Source of the DNA: a virus
Lineage: Duplodnaviria > Caudoviricetes
Direction: 5' to 3' (one strand)
DNA length: 47,910 bases
Virus record (IMG/VR): IMGVR_UViG_3300023084_000034
Coordinates: 1 to 47,910 of that record
Of this stretch, positions 1 through 12,300 are shown piece after piece. The stretch's first letter is position 1. Every line of letters begins with the position of its first letter. Made by a program: the position numbers and the translations under genes. The notes under the pieces were generated by a model. That model did no database searches. It saw only the letters and a program-made list of their open reading frames with translations, and was not told where the DNA came from.

Positions 1-3000
1 TATTTCTAAACCTTTATCAGGTGATATGATTGCAAATGCCGAACCTGATGTAATTCTGTCTAATTGTAAGTCCGTTAAGGATTCTGCGGGAATGTTAAAT
101 AGTTCAGAACCATCACCAGCAAATACTGATGCGGTTAATCTAACATTAACATTCATTTCATTCGGGTCAATAATTGCAAGACCCGAACCCGATTTAATTC
201 TATCTAACTCAAGGTCAGTTAAGGATTCTGCGGGGATGTTAAATAGACCACTACCATCACCTCTAAATAAAGATGCTGATAATGAACCACTAATATCAAC
301 CGAACCAGTAAACTCAGAACCACTATCTTCAGATTCAACTCTAAATCCGAATACCGGTGATACTGATGCTGTTACCGAACCACTTGCTATTTTTGGTGCT
401 GCTGCTGCTTGTACATTTTGTAAATTAGAACCATCACCAAAGTATGTTGTAGCAGTGATTGAACCACTAACAAGAACCGAACCACTAAATTCAGATGTTA
501 CAGGTGTTGCTCCCGCACCCTCAACTCTAAAGAATCCATCAGGGTCAACTGATGCAGTTATTGAACCAGTAAAGATACGAGATGAATCAATTGCTAAATT
601 AGCAATATCAATATTTGTAAGTCCACTACCATCACCCGTATAGATACCTGTAATTTTTAAGTCTCCATCTACATCTATTGAACCAGTAAACTCAGAACCA
701 CTTGCTTGAGATTCTACTCTAAATCCAAATTCTGGTGATACTGATGCGGTTACACCTCCACTAACAATCAATGGAGTATCTTCTGCTCTTTCTGCGATTA
801 CACCAGTTAATTTAGAACCATCACCCACAAATTCAGTTGCGAGAACTGAACCCGTTACATTTATTGAACCAGTTACATCAACCGAACCTGTTATTTGTTG
901 TAACGATTCTGTTGTAGAACCAAATGTATTACTATTTGGTGCTGATAAAGTTTGTAATGTAGTTAATCCCTCTACATCTAAGTTGGTATCAATAATAGTT
1001 GAACCAGTTATTTGTACATCACCAATTAATCGAGAACCACTATCTATTGATTCAACTACAAATCCATCATCAGGTGTTACCGATGCAGTTACAGACCCAG
1101 ATGCGATTCTAAATGCGTCACCAGTAAATGCAGAACGAGGAATATCAAATAAATTTCTACCCGAACCACTAAAGTTACCACTTATTTCATTGGCAACTAA
1201 TTTGTCTGCCTTTAGAGTCTTTTCAACCGTTACATTATCACTAATATCAACTCTACCATCAAATACAATATTAGCATTAGTTGGTTCTTCACTAAGTACA
1301 TTAATTTGACCACCCATACCAGAGTGATTAATACAATAGTAATAAAGAGTTGTTGGTGTGTTCGAATTAACATCAATAATTACTCTTGAACCACTTTCCC
1401 CTGCTTCTATACTTCCAGTATCTACACTTCCCGTATACACAGTACCACTATTATGAGTACCATCTGAAGTTGTAGATAATCTTAAATCATGTGTTAGGTT
1501 ATTACTACCCGTTTGCCAAAATGTATAAGTTGAACCAACTAAGAATTCTAATGTGGGTTGTCTTTCTGAATTGATAACATATTTGTTACTACCATCAAAG
1601 TTTTGAACATCTACATTTAGACTTGTAATATCTTCAAATGGTTCAAATGATGCCGATACTAATAAAGAACCAGTAGTTTTAACATTACCACCAACATTTA
1701 ATCCACCACTAATAGATGCGGTAGCATTCATTTCAAATCTAAAGTCAGGTGATAGTGATGCCGTTACCGAACCAGTTGCAATTGCTGCTTGTAGTGGGAA
1801 ATCCCTTGCATCTTGTGAAATAGGAATATCAAATAAATCTCTACCACTACCACTAAAGAAAGATGCAGATACTTGGGTTATTACTGCCTTAGGTCCAACT
1901 ATTGTAGTTCCAAAGTCTATTCTACTCTGTACATCTAAGTTTCCATTTAGGTCTAAATCACCCTCTATTTTAGTATCATTGTATAATTCTATTGACCCAC
2001 TTTGTACATATTCATCTACAACATAGATTGTACCTGCCATTTCGGCATGATTTTCACAATTATAGTAATATGTACCTTGTGCAGATGCAGAGAAGAAAAT
2101 AGAACCACTCGTTCCACCATTGTTTGTAAATGGAAGTGCGTTACCAGTTCCTGTTCCTGCTGCGGTTTTTAAGTAGAAAGGATGTCCTGATGCTGATATT
2201 TCAAATTCGTATGCAAGATTTTTAACTAATACTAAATCTGGATTCAATCTACCATCGATTGAGTACGCAGTATTACCAACATTGTATACAAAGAAGTGAG
2301 TATCTAAAGAACCCGTAGGAACAATTTGATTTGAGGCAGATACTATAAAACTACCACTTACTCTTAAATCATCTTCAAATCTACCAAACTCATTTACAAT
2401 AAATCCTTCATTTGGAGAAACCGATGCTGTTACTGAACCTGATGCTATTCTTGATGCATCTTCTGAAAGTGCGGATTGTGGAATATTAAATAAACCACTA
2501 CCATCACCTCTAAATAATGATGCAGAAATATAATTTTGAGTATCTATCGAACCACTAAATATAGAACGAACTGAACCTTCAGATGAGGCAACAAGGAACT
2601 CTCTATATTCAAATACTGATGCGGATACCGAACCTGTTGCAATTCTTGGGGAATCATCTGATAATGCTGCTTGTGGAATATTAAATAGTCCACTACCATC
2701 ACCACTAATTACACCATCAACATCTAAAGAGTTAGTTACAAATACCGAACCAGTAAACTCTTGTCTATCACTTAAATCATTTCCAAATTGATTTGAACCC
2801 GAAGAATAGATTATTGTAGTTGCTATATAATTCGTATAAAGTTCATTAGAAACAATTGCTCCTGCTACTACCAAATCACCATCAATTGATGCACTTGCGT
2901 TTACAGTAAGTCCAGTCTTGGGGTCAATTGACGCAGAGAATGCTCCACTAATAATTCTATTTGAATCTAAGGCATCTTCAGTTAATGCGTTTCTTGGTAT

Positions 3001-5445
3001 ATTAAATAAATTAGCACCACTACCACTAAACGAACCAGTATATAGTTTTATATCACCAAAGAATGTTGAACCACTATCATACGAAGTTACTACAAATCCG
3101 TCATCTGGTGATGTAGATGCTGTTACTGAACCACTAAATATTTTTGATGTATCTAAATCTGCAATTGCTGCTACGGGAATGTTAAATAACTTTTCACCCG
3201 AACCACTAAAAGCAGAACCTGATTGTACTCTTACTTCTCCAAAGAAAGTAGAACCACTATCGACTGAAGTTACTACGAATCCATCATCTGGTGATGTAGA
3301 TGCCGTTACTGAACCCGATGCGATAAATGCGGAAAGTAAAGCATCTTCAGTAAGTGCGGTTCTTGGAATATCAAATAATTCTGCACCACTACCACTAAAT
3401 ACCGAACCACTACTAATAGAAATTCCACCAAGTACATCTATTGAACCTGTGAATTGAGAACCACTATCTAATGATTTAACTTTGAATCCATCTTCATTAG
3501 AAACCGATGCCGTTACATTACCTTGTTGTATTCTTGTTGAAGCAACAACTTCTTCTGCGAAAGCAGATAATGGAATATCAAATAAATCTCTACCACTACC
3601 ACTAAAGAACGCACCAGATATTGCACCAACTACATCTAAGTCATTTCCAATACTTACATTTCTTGATACAAATACAGAACCACTAAATTCTGACCTTGTT
3701 CCTAATATACCCGAACCAAAGTCTTCTACTTTGAATCCGGTTTCTGGGTCTACCGATGCTGTTACTGAACCCGATGCGATGAATGAAGAAATTAAAGCAT
3801 CTTGAGTAAGTGCAGTTCTTGGAATATTAAATAATTTTGCACCCGAACCACTAAAGTCAGACCCCGATGTTAATCTTAATTCACCCGTAAATGTAGAACC
3901 ACTTGCTTCAGATATTACTATAAACCCATCTTCAGGGTCTACCGAAGCAGTAACCGAACCCGTTGCTAATAATTTTGCCTCTGCTGCAATCGCAGCGTTA
4001 ATTGCTTGTTGTGTTTCATCTGATAATGCTGCAAGAGGTATATCAAATAACTTTTCACCACTACCACTAAAAGAACTTCCACTAACTACTCTAACTTCAC
4101 CAAAGAATGTTGAACCACTTTCAACTGCGGTTACTACAAATCCATCATCTGGTGAAACAGAAGCAGTTACTGAACCACTTACTATAAATGAAGATAATAA
4201 AGCATCTTCGGTGAGTGCCGAACGAGGTATATTAAATAAATCTCTACCCGAACCACTAAATACCGAACCACTTTGTAGTTTTACATCACCAATAAAAAGT
4301 GAACCACTTTCTTCGGATGTTACTACAAATCCATCATCTGGTGAAACCGATGCTGTTACCGAACCACTTGTTATTAAATCAGTTAATAATGCGTCTTCGG
4401 TTAATGCTGAACGAGGAATATCAAAAAGTCCTTGACCACTACCACTAAATACTGATGCGGATACTCCACCTTCTACAAATAAAGAAGAACTAAATTCTGC
4501 TCTATCAGTACCCTCTAATCTAAATCCAAAATCAGGGTCAACTGATGCGGTTACTGAACCACTTGCTATGAAAGATGATAAAAGTGCGTCTTCAGTTAAT
4601 GCACTTCTTGGAATATCAAATAAATCTCTACCACTACCACTAAATACCGAACCCGTTACAAGTTTTACATCACCATCAAATAAAGAACCACTTTCAACGG
4701 AAGTAACTCTAAATTGATTGTCTGCTGTTGATGCGGTAATTGCTCCACTTGCAATTAAAGAGGCATCTTCTGAAAGTGCTGATTGTGGAATATCAAATAA
4801 ATCTCTACCACTACCACTAAAGAATGATGCGGAAACTGCGTTTACTTCTATATCATTTGTAACAAAGACCGAACCAGTTACATTTGCATCACCTCTAAGA
4901 CCAAAAGAACCCGAAATGGATAGTGAACCTGTGAATTCTTGTAAATCGGTTACATCGTTCCCAAAACGATTTGAACCACTTGAGAAAATAATTGAAGAAG
5001 AAATAATTTCAACAAGTATTTCTCTTGCTACAATTCTATTATCTACTAATAAATCACCAGTAATTCTAACATCACCATTAATGTCCATGTCCCCATCAAA
5101 TGATGAAGATACATTTACTAAGAATCCTGTGTTTGGTGCGATTGATGCAGATGCCGAACCACTTCTTAATAATGAAGTATCAGGTAAGTTATTTAATTCA
5201 GAACCATCTCCTGCGAATGAACCACTAAAAGAACCCGTAAATTCTTCTAATTGTATTTTAGTTACGAAAAGTCTATTACCATCAGCATCAGAAGCAACAA
5301 GTGCGATAGAACCCGATGACAGACTCCCACTAATAGGTACACCTAAATTAGGTTCTGCCTCCGCAAGTTCTAAGAACTCGTATCTATCAACCGATACATC
5401 ACTCGGTCTGATTACTCTAACTTTTCCACTTAATAATTGACTCAT
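1..5445 (-). CDS. Large Ser/Gly-rich repetitive virion (fibre-like) protein, >=1815 aa, truncated by the left window edge; contains two cupredoxin-like domains
   Basis: Absent from the ORF track because it has no stop in the window. ATG at 5445-5443 (MSQLLSGKVRVIRPSDVSVDRYEFLELAEAEPNLGVP...), and the same frame reads to base 1 (...DRITSGSAFAIISPDKGLEI). About 20 copies of a ~60-65 aa unit FSGSGxxLFxIPxxALxEDA...SGSVTASVSPDxGFxV. Confidence 0.9.
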   Translation of the reverse strand, partial: MSQLLSGKVRVIRPSDVSVDRYEFLELAEAEPNLGVPISGSLSSGSIALVASDADGNRLFVTKIQLEEFTGSFSGSFAGDGSELNNLPDTSLLRSGSASASIAPNTGFLVNVSSSFDGDMDINGDVRITGDLLVDNRIVAREILVEIISSSIIFSSGSNRFGNDVTDLQEFTGSLSISGSFGLRGDANVTGSVFVTNDIEVNAVSASFFSGSGRDLFDIPQSALSEDASLIASGAITASTADNQFRVTSVESGSLFDGDVKLVTGSVFSGSGRDLFDIPRSALTEDALLSSFIASGSVTASVDPDFGFRLEGTDRAEFSSSLFVEGGVSASVFSGSGQGLFDIPRSALTEDALLTDLITSGSVTASVSPDDGFVVTSEESGSLFIGDVKLQSGSVFSGSGRDLFNIPRSALTEDALLSSFIVSGSVTASVSPDDGFVVTAVESGSTFFGEVRVVSGSSFSGSGEKLFDIPLAALSDETQQAINAAIAAEAKLLATGSVTASVDPEDGFIVISEASGSTFTGELRLTSGSDFSGSGAKLFNIPRTALTQDALISSFIASGSVTASVDPETGFKVEDFGSGILGTRSEFSGSVFVSRNVSIGNDLDVVGAISGAFFSGSGRDLFDIPLSAFAEEVVASTRIQQGNVTASVSNEDGFKVKSLDSGSQFTGSIDVLGGISISSGSVFSGSGAELFDIPRTALTEDALLSAFIASGSVTASTSPDDGFVVTSVDSGSTFFGEVRVQSGSAFSGSGEKLFNIPVAAIADLDTSKIFSGSVTASTSPDDGFVVTSYDSGSTFFGDIKLYTGSFSGSGANLFNIPRNALTEDALDSNRIISGAFSASIDPKTGLTVNASASIDGDLVVAGAIVSNELYTNYIATTIIYSSGSNQFGNDLSDRQEFTGSVFVTNSLDVDGVISGDGSGLFNIPQAALSDDSPRIATGSVSASVFEYREFLVASSEGSVRSIFSGSIDTQNYISASLFRGDGSGLFNIPQSALSEDASRIASGSVTASVSPNEGFIVNEFGRFEDDLRVSGSFIVSASNQIVPTGSLDTHFFVYNVGNTAYSIDGRLNPDLVLVKNLAYEFEISASGHPFYLKTAAGTGTGNALPFTNNGGTSGSIFFSASAQGTYYYNCENHAEMAGTIYVVDEYVQSGSIELYNDTKIEGDLDLNGNLDVQSRIDFGTTIVGPKAVITQVSASFFSGSGRDLFDIPISQDARDFPLQAAIATGSVTASLSPDFRFEMNATASISGGLNVGGNVKTTGSLLVSASFEPFEDITSLNVDVQNFDGSNKYVINSERQPTLEFLVGSTYTFWQTGSNNLTHDLRLSTTSDGTHNSGTVYTGSVDTGSIEAGESGSRVIIDVNSNTPTTLYYYCINHSGMGGQINVLSEEPTNANIVFDGRVDISDNVTVEKTLKADKLVANEISGNFSGSGRNLFDIPRSAFTGDAFRIASGSVTASVTPDDGFVVESIDSGSRLIGDVQITGSTIIDTNLDVEGLTTLQTLSAPNSNTFGSTTESLQQITGSVDVTGSINVTGSVLATEFVGDGSKLTGVIAERAEDTPLIVSGGVTASVSPEFGFRVESQASGSEFTGSIDVDGDLKITGIYTGDGSGLTNIDIANLAIDSSRIFTGSITASVDPDGFFRVEGAGATPVTSEFSGSVLVSGSITATTYFGDGSNLQNVQAAAAPKIASGSVTASVSPVFGFRVESEDSGSEFTGSVDISGSLSASLFRGDGSGLFNIPAESLTDLELDRIKSGSGLAIIDPNEMNVNVRLTASVFAGDGSELFNIPAESLTDLQLDRITSGSAFAIISPDKGLEI
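60..5230 (-). repeat. Intragenic degenerate repeats (~190 bp unit) encoding the GSGxxLFxIP / SGSVTAS unit
   Basis: About 20 recurring copies, e.g. + strand ggaatatcaaataaatctctaccactaccactaaa near 1823, 3572, 4610 and 4787. Confidence 0.85.
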
Positions 5446-5470
5446 CTACTCGGGTATATAATAGTAAATA

Positions 5471-6337
5471 TTATTCATTTGCGCTTTCAAGAATAGAAAG
5501 TATAACTTTTAAGTCTGTTGACCCGGAAACTACCAAAGAAAACTCTTCCTCCATTACCAGTTTACCTGCGGTAACTGGTGAAAATGAATCTCCTTTTCGT
5601 ATTGGGAAATCTTTAACTAATTCTATCTTTTCTTGGGGTTGTCTTACTGGTATAAAGTTTGTATTTGCAATTACTTCAAATAAATCCTCTATAATAGCAG
5701 GAGAACCAGATTCTGCTGTTAATGTTGCATCGTATGATTGTGTAAATGTAGTTTGATATAATCTGTCAATATCTACCGAACCAGTAACTGATTCATTTTT
5801 TAGAATTTGCTGTGATAAGGTATTTACATAATTTATCGTGTTATACGATGAAGTTACTTGTAATAAATCAGTATCTAATCTTACACCATTTTTATCATAA
5901 TAAGACAATGCTTCTTTTTGAGTTCTTAAAGTACCACCATTTTCAATATCAAAAGTAACAGCGTCTAATGCTTCATCTACATAAGTTTCAAATTTTGATG
6001 AAGTGAATGCAAATGGAATATCTTCCAAGTTATTTAAGAAATTTGCATATGCGGTTGCTTCTTTCTTTAAGAAGGTTCTGTTTATTTCTAAAAGTTGTGA
6101 AGAACTAATAAAACTACCGGTATTTTCAATATTTTGAACTTGAGGTACTGGTATCTTTCTATTAGAATCTAATTTAAGTGTAACATTATTATTCTGTGCT
6201 ACATTCTGATTTGTAATCTGAGCAGAAAGAATAATTGTAGAAACCCCAGAGGGTGTAGTATACACTACATCTTCCTCGCCTGTTAAAGAAGTTACTACTG
6301 ATTTGAATGCGTTAAGTGGTACAAATACATCTGCCAT
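5471..6337 (-). CDS. Putative virion structural protein (288 aa) carrying one inserted copy of the helical repeat of the neighbouring giant protein
   Basis: ORF track. Beta-rich ends (VYTTPSGVSTIILSAQITN ... GKLVMEEEFSLVVSGS) flank LLEINRTFLKKE...ALDAVTFDIENGG...TINYVNTLSQQILKN. Confidence 0.75.
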   Translation of the reverse strand: MADVFVPLNAFKSVVTSLTGEEDVVYTTPSGVSTIILSAQITNQNVAQNNNVTLKLDSNRKIPVPQVQNIENTGSFISSSQLLEINRTFLKKEATAYANFLNNLEDIPFAFTSSKFETYVDEALDAVTFDIENGGTLRTQKEALSYYDKNGVRLDTDLLQVTSSYNTINYVNTLSQQILKNESVTGSVDIDRLYQTTFTQSYDATLTAESGSPAIIEDLFEVIANTNFIPVRQPQEKIELVKDFPIRKGDSFSPVTAGKLVMEEEFSLVVSGSTDLKVILSILESANE

Positions 6338-6351
6338 ATCTTTTTTCCTTT

Positions 6352-9300
6352 TTAGTCTTGTAGTGCAAGTGAGAATGGTGTTACTAACGAGAACAATGAA
6401 CGAGAGAATGTTCGACCCTGAAGTGTACCTGTTGCCTGGTTAATTACCAGTCCTGCACCAATTCTAAAGTCACCAAGTTCATTACCCGAAGTAAAGAATA
6501 CTCTACCTCCACCTATTTCTGTTATTTCTTTTGTTGGGTCTGGTACACCTGCACCACCTTGGTTAGGAGGTAATGCTTTATAAGTTACACCGGAACCCGC
6601 ATAAGAGAAGTCATGTCCAGTAGTAATTATTAAGGAACCAAATAATTCTAACGGAGAGTTCCTTACAATTCTCTGGAATTGAGTTCTCAAAAATCTATTA
6701 GTTTCCGCAGTTTCGTATTTTTGTTCATTAACAACTGCGGATGCATCTCCATACACACCATTATAGTATGATTTTGCTGCTTCGATACTTCGTTCGTTAC
6801 CACCATATAATAAATCTGTTGCGATTGCGTCTACGATGAATCCCGTATCTCTATAACATTTTTCTTCATTGTACACAAAGTCTGGGAATGCTCCATTTGT
6901 ATAAGATATTGCCTTACCTTGTAATACTTTTTTATTTGCTCTTAACAAGTCAACCGATACTCTTGTATTAAATGGTGCTCTTGTTAATTGGTCTTTCAAT
7001 ATTACTCTTTCAGCAAGTCCTTTTGCGAAATCAATACCATCAATTGTTTGTGGTTTTTGTTCCGTAATTGCTACTGAAGGTATGTAGTAATAGAATCTAC
7101 CTGCTTGTAAACTTCTTTCATTACCACCATAAACCATATCAGTTCTTACTGCGTCAATAATATATCCAACATCTCTAAAACATTTTTCTTGATTGTATTC
7201 AAATTCACTCCAAGATGAAGATAAGAATGTAATAACTTCATTTTGAATTAAGTTTTTATTTCCAATCAATAATTCTGCACCAACTAAAGTAGAATTAGTA
7301 GGAGTAGTAAATTCAGTATTTTGAATTACTTTTTGTGATAATCCTTTTGCATATCTAATTCCATCAACAGTTGGGTCTAATTGATTTTCTTCTGAAGGTA
7401 CACCCTTGTTAGTTGCTCTTGAAGGATATCTCCAATAGTAACTACCTGCGGTTACACTTCTTTCGTTACCACCATAGAATAAATCAGTAGCAGTAGCATC
7501 AATTAGGAAACCAACATCTCTTTTACATTTTTCCTCATCGTAGTAAACACCACTCCAAGAAGAAGATACAAAGGCAATAACTTCATTTTGAATAAATTCT
7601 TTGTTATCTCTTAGTAAGTTCCAAGATGCCGATACTTCATTGGAAGCAGTTACAAACTCAATGTTTTGAACTAACTTTTGTGCAATACCACTTGCGTATT
7701 TCACACCATCAGTTGTTTGATTTGCTTGAGTTGTAGTTGCTTCAGATGGATATAAATAGTAATATTCTCCCGCAGTTCTACTTCTTTCGTTACCACCATA
7801 TAGTAAGTCAGTCGCAACTGCGTCTACAATATATCCGGTATCTCTACTACAACTTGCTTCATTATATTCAAAACCACTCCAAGAAGAAGAAATATATGCT
7901 ATTACTTCATTTTGGATAAAACTTCTATTTTCTAATAATGTTTTGTTTCCTGCAATTCTTTCTGCAGTTGCAGTTACAAATTCATTGTTTTGAATAAGGT
8001 TTTCCATTAAATCACCAGCATAATTAATACCAGTTGTTGTTGGGTCAACTTGAGCAGTTGTTGCAGATGATGGGTATTTGTAGTAGAAGTTTCCTGCTGT
8101 AATACTTCTTTCATTTCCACCATAAAGAATATCAGTTGATACTGCGTCAATAATATGAGTTATATCTCGTTTACACTTTTCTTCATTATAGTCAAACGAA
8201 CTCCAAGAAGATGATAAGTAAGAAATAGATTCACTTTGAATAAATTGTCTATTTTCTCTTATCAAGTTGTAAGAAGATGATACTTCTAATGAAGCAGTTT
8301 CAAATTCAATATTCTGAATTAATTTTTGTGTAATTCTACTTGCGTAGAAAATTCCATCTAATGTTTGATTTATCTGTGAACCCGTTCCATTTGCTTCTGA
8401 TGGGTATTCGTAATAGAATTTACCATTTACAATAGATGCAGAATAAGTGTTATAAACTAAATCTTCTGCTGCTCCACTAATAATAAATCCAACATCTCTT
8501 TTACATTTCTCCTCGTTGTACGATGATGTACTCCAAGAAGATGATAAGTAAGCAATTGTTTCATCTTTGATAAAGTCAATATTTTCCTTGATAATCTCAT
8601 AAGCAGCGAGAGTAGATGGGTCAGTAGAACGAACTCCATATAAACTTGCAGTTTCATAAGAACCCGTTCCATTTGCGATTATCGTAGTGACTATATCAAT
8701 TGAAGATGAAACAAATGCTATATTTTCTAAACTACCACTTAGTGAACCAGTAAACTGATTATGTGTCAAGAACTTAATATTAGAATCTGTATTAAGTGTT
8801 CTTTGTGGTACTGATAATGTTTCTTTATTTGCAATACTTTCAATCAAGTCTTTGATGTATACTACACCATCAATTGTTGAACTTGCCTGAGATGATATTG
8901 CTTTAGATGGGAATTTATAATAGAACTCACCTGCGGTAATACTTCTTTGGTTACCACCCCATCTTAAATCAGTAGCAATAGCATCAACAATAAACCCAGT
9001 ATCTCTACTACAACTTGCTTCGTTGTAAATTAAATCAGGGTATTTTGCATTAATAAATGCTACTGTTTCATTTTGAATAAATTGTCTATTTTCTCTTATT
9101 GAATCATAAGTGTATTCAACTTCGTTACTTGGTGATACAAAGGTAGAACCACTTACAAGTTCTCCAACTAAACCTTTAATGTAGTTTATTGCAGTTACCG
9201 TTGGGTCTTTTTGTTGATTTTCATTTGGTACACCACCCACAATTGCTGCTGATGGGTAACGATAGTAATATTCTGCTGCTATTGTACTTCTTTCATTACC

Positions 9301-12300
9301 ACCATATAGTAAGTCAGTTGCGATAGCATCTACAATATATCCGGTATCTCTTCTACATTTAGATTCTGAGTAGTAGAAATCACTCCATGAAGAAGATACA
9401 AATGCGATTGTTTCTTCTTTAATAAATTCTCTATTGTTTCTTAACAATTCAAATGATGCAGACACATTTTGTGAAGCAGTTACATAAGTTCTACCTCTAA
9501 CAATGTTTTGTGCCATATTACTTGCATAGATAATACCATCAAGTGTTTGTTGTAATTGAGAACCAGTTGCTTGAGATGGATATTCATAGTAGAATTTACC
9601 GTTTACTATTGAAGATGAATTTGCATTCCAAATTAAATCTTCTGCTGCTCCACTAATAATAAATCCTAAATCTCTTCTACATTTTGCTTCATTGTAATCA
9701 AATTCAGTCCATGATGAAGAAAGGAATGCAATAGTTTCATCTTGAATAAACTCAATATTATCCTTTAATAAGTTATATGCATTAACACTCTTAGGTGCAT
9801 CAATTCTTGTTTCATAATCAACTAATGTTGGTAGTGAACCAGTACCATTGTTTAGAATATCAACCACAATACCAAATGATGAAGAAATAATTTTCTCTTG
9901 AACTTTATCACCACTACTACCGGTTATTTGAGAACTATCAGTATACTTGATTAGGTTTGTAATATCACTATTTGTTCTAACTAATATTGGAAGTGAACCC
10001 GTTCCATTTTGTACCACATTCTCTATAATACCTGCTCTGTTTTTAACTAAATCAATTTCAGTTAATGAACCACTTTGTACTCCAATGAATTGGTCTACTG
10101 TTCCTACTTTAATAGTATTTGATGTATTTGAAATTTGAGTTGGTAGTGAACCAGTACCACTTTGAATTATATCATTTACAATCTTAACCGAAGAACTAAC
10201 AATGACTAACTCATCGGTCACATCATAAGTTCCAGTTGGAGTTACAACATATCCAGATTCACCTGCTATTGTTGGGTCACCCAAATCACCATCTTGGAAT
10301 ATACTTCTAATAGTTGCCAATGATGGTTTACTAATTGTAGGTGAAATATATGTGTTATGGAATGCATAACCTAATGGGTTATTTGCTAAAATTCCAGCTT
10401 GTGTTCTCATTGAATCATCCCACTCAGGAGAAAGACTTCCATTTTCCCATAAATCGGTATATTCAAACATTGAGAAGTTTAACAAATATAGATATTCTTT
10501 AGCAGCTACCTCAAATGCATCAGAATCAGTTTTCCAACTATTACCACCATATCCCGATGAATCCCACAATCCAGCATCATATGCCTCTTCCATTGCAAGA
10601 TATAAATCACCAGTCTGCCAATCAGATGCCAAATAAGAATATAGTTTTATATCATCTGCAGGTAAACCATGCATATGTAATGTGTGGAATATGTGTTCAA
10701 TTACTTCTTGTGCATCTATATCACCAGAACCAGATATATCACCTGTTGAGTTTAGATACCAAACCATATCGTTTTGTACATGAGTATCAAGCAAGTTTGT
10801 TAAGTTCCAATATAAAATACCAGCATCATCAAGGAAGTTTGGAGTATAATCACTTCCAGCCCCTCTTGCTACTCTTTGTATAGTTGGTAATCCAGCGTGG
10901 TAAGTTCCACTATCACCACTTAATGTTTTAATTAAATTTCTTTGGAATGTTTCATTTATTCCCGAACCACTTGGGTCAGTAAATAATTCAAACATACGAG
11001 CAACTTTCTCAGTAAATGCATCAGGTACAGCAGTTTGTCCACCAACATCACCGGCTACAACAATTCTTACACCATTGACTGTAACTTCTTTTTTGAAGAA
11101 ATCACTACCATCACCAGTTAAAGATATAATTGAACCATTGTTGTATTCTGAATCTAATGTAGGTCCAGTTATTTGAGTATAAGAACCCGTTGTTAATTGT
11201 TGTGGAGTATCTAACTCAGAAGTTTGGAAATGTTTAGCGATAGTAAATGGTATATTATCAGTACCAAGTCTAATAATATCATTAATCAAATCAATACTTG
11301 CAGATACAATTCCCACTTCAGTAGATGAACCACTTGTAGATAAAGTAAATTGTTCTATATTATTTACTTTAGTTAGTGATTCAATATTTTTAGTTTCGTA
11401 TGGAACTGTACTTATTGAATTTTCAACAGTTCTAACAAATGTATGAGTAGATTGAGGTAAATGTTTCAATGCTCCATTTGATGCAGACACAAATGTGTGT
11501 ACTGATTGAGGTTCGTGTTTAACTGCGTTATTTGATGCAGATACAAATGTGTGTAAAGAACCAGAAGCACTTCCAGCATTACCCACATTGATTGTAAATG
11601 TACCATCTTGTCTTTCTAATCCATCGGCAGTTGCAGATACAAATGTATGTGCCCCTACATATGGAGATGAACCAATATTGATATCAAATGTATTTGTAGT
11701 TACATTTGAAATCTCTAACCATCTTCCACTTGGATAATCGTAATTAGGTCTTGGGTAAGATTTGGTAGTTGTATTACCATCTAATACACAAGTATAAGTT
11801 AGAGAGTTATCATCTAATTTGATGTAATCTCCATTTGAGAATCCGTGATTAGCAATTGTTATAGTAACATCACCAGTTGCTGAATCGTATGGTGCATCGG
11901 TTATAGTATGTGTTGTTGTACCAACTGAAGTAATCACAATTGATTTTCCAGCATATGGGTCTGAACCTGGTCTTGGGTAAGAATGAGTTGTTGTGTTTCC
12001 ATCTTGGTCACAAGTGAATGCAAATGATTCATCTTCCAATACTACACTTCTACCAACACCCAATCCGAATGATTCACTAACAGTCAATGTCATATCACCA
12101 GTTAATGCATTGTAAGATGCAGATACAGGTGTGAAATATTTGTTTGGACCAGATGCTCCAACATTAAATGTTAATGTAGTATCAGTTACCGCAGTTAGAG
12201 GAATAGAACGAACTGCTTTAGGGTCTATACCAACTCTTGGATAAGATTTAACTGATTGGTTATCATCCATATCACAAGTGAATGCGAATGATTCAGGTTC

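Noticed and set aside
26-5440. Plus-strand ORFs of 74-240 aa rich in EPL/DAVTEP
   Set aside because: They are antisense shadows of the continuous minus-strand repeat gene (SGS and SVTAS codons read backwards).
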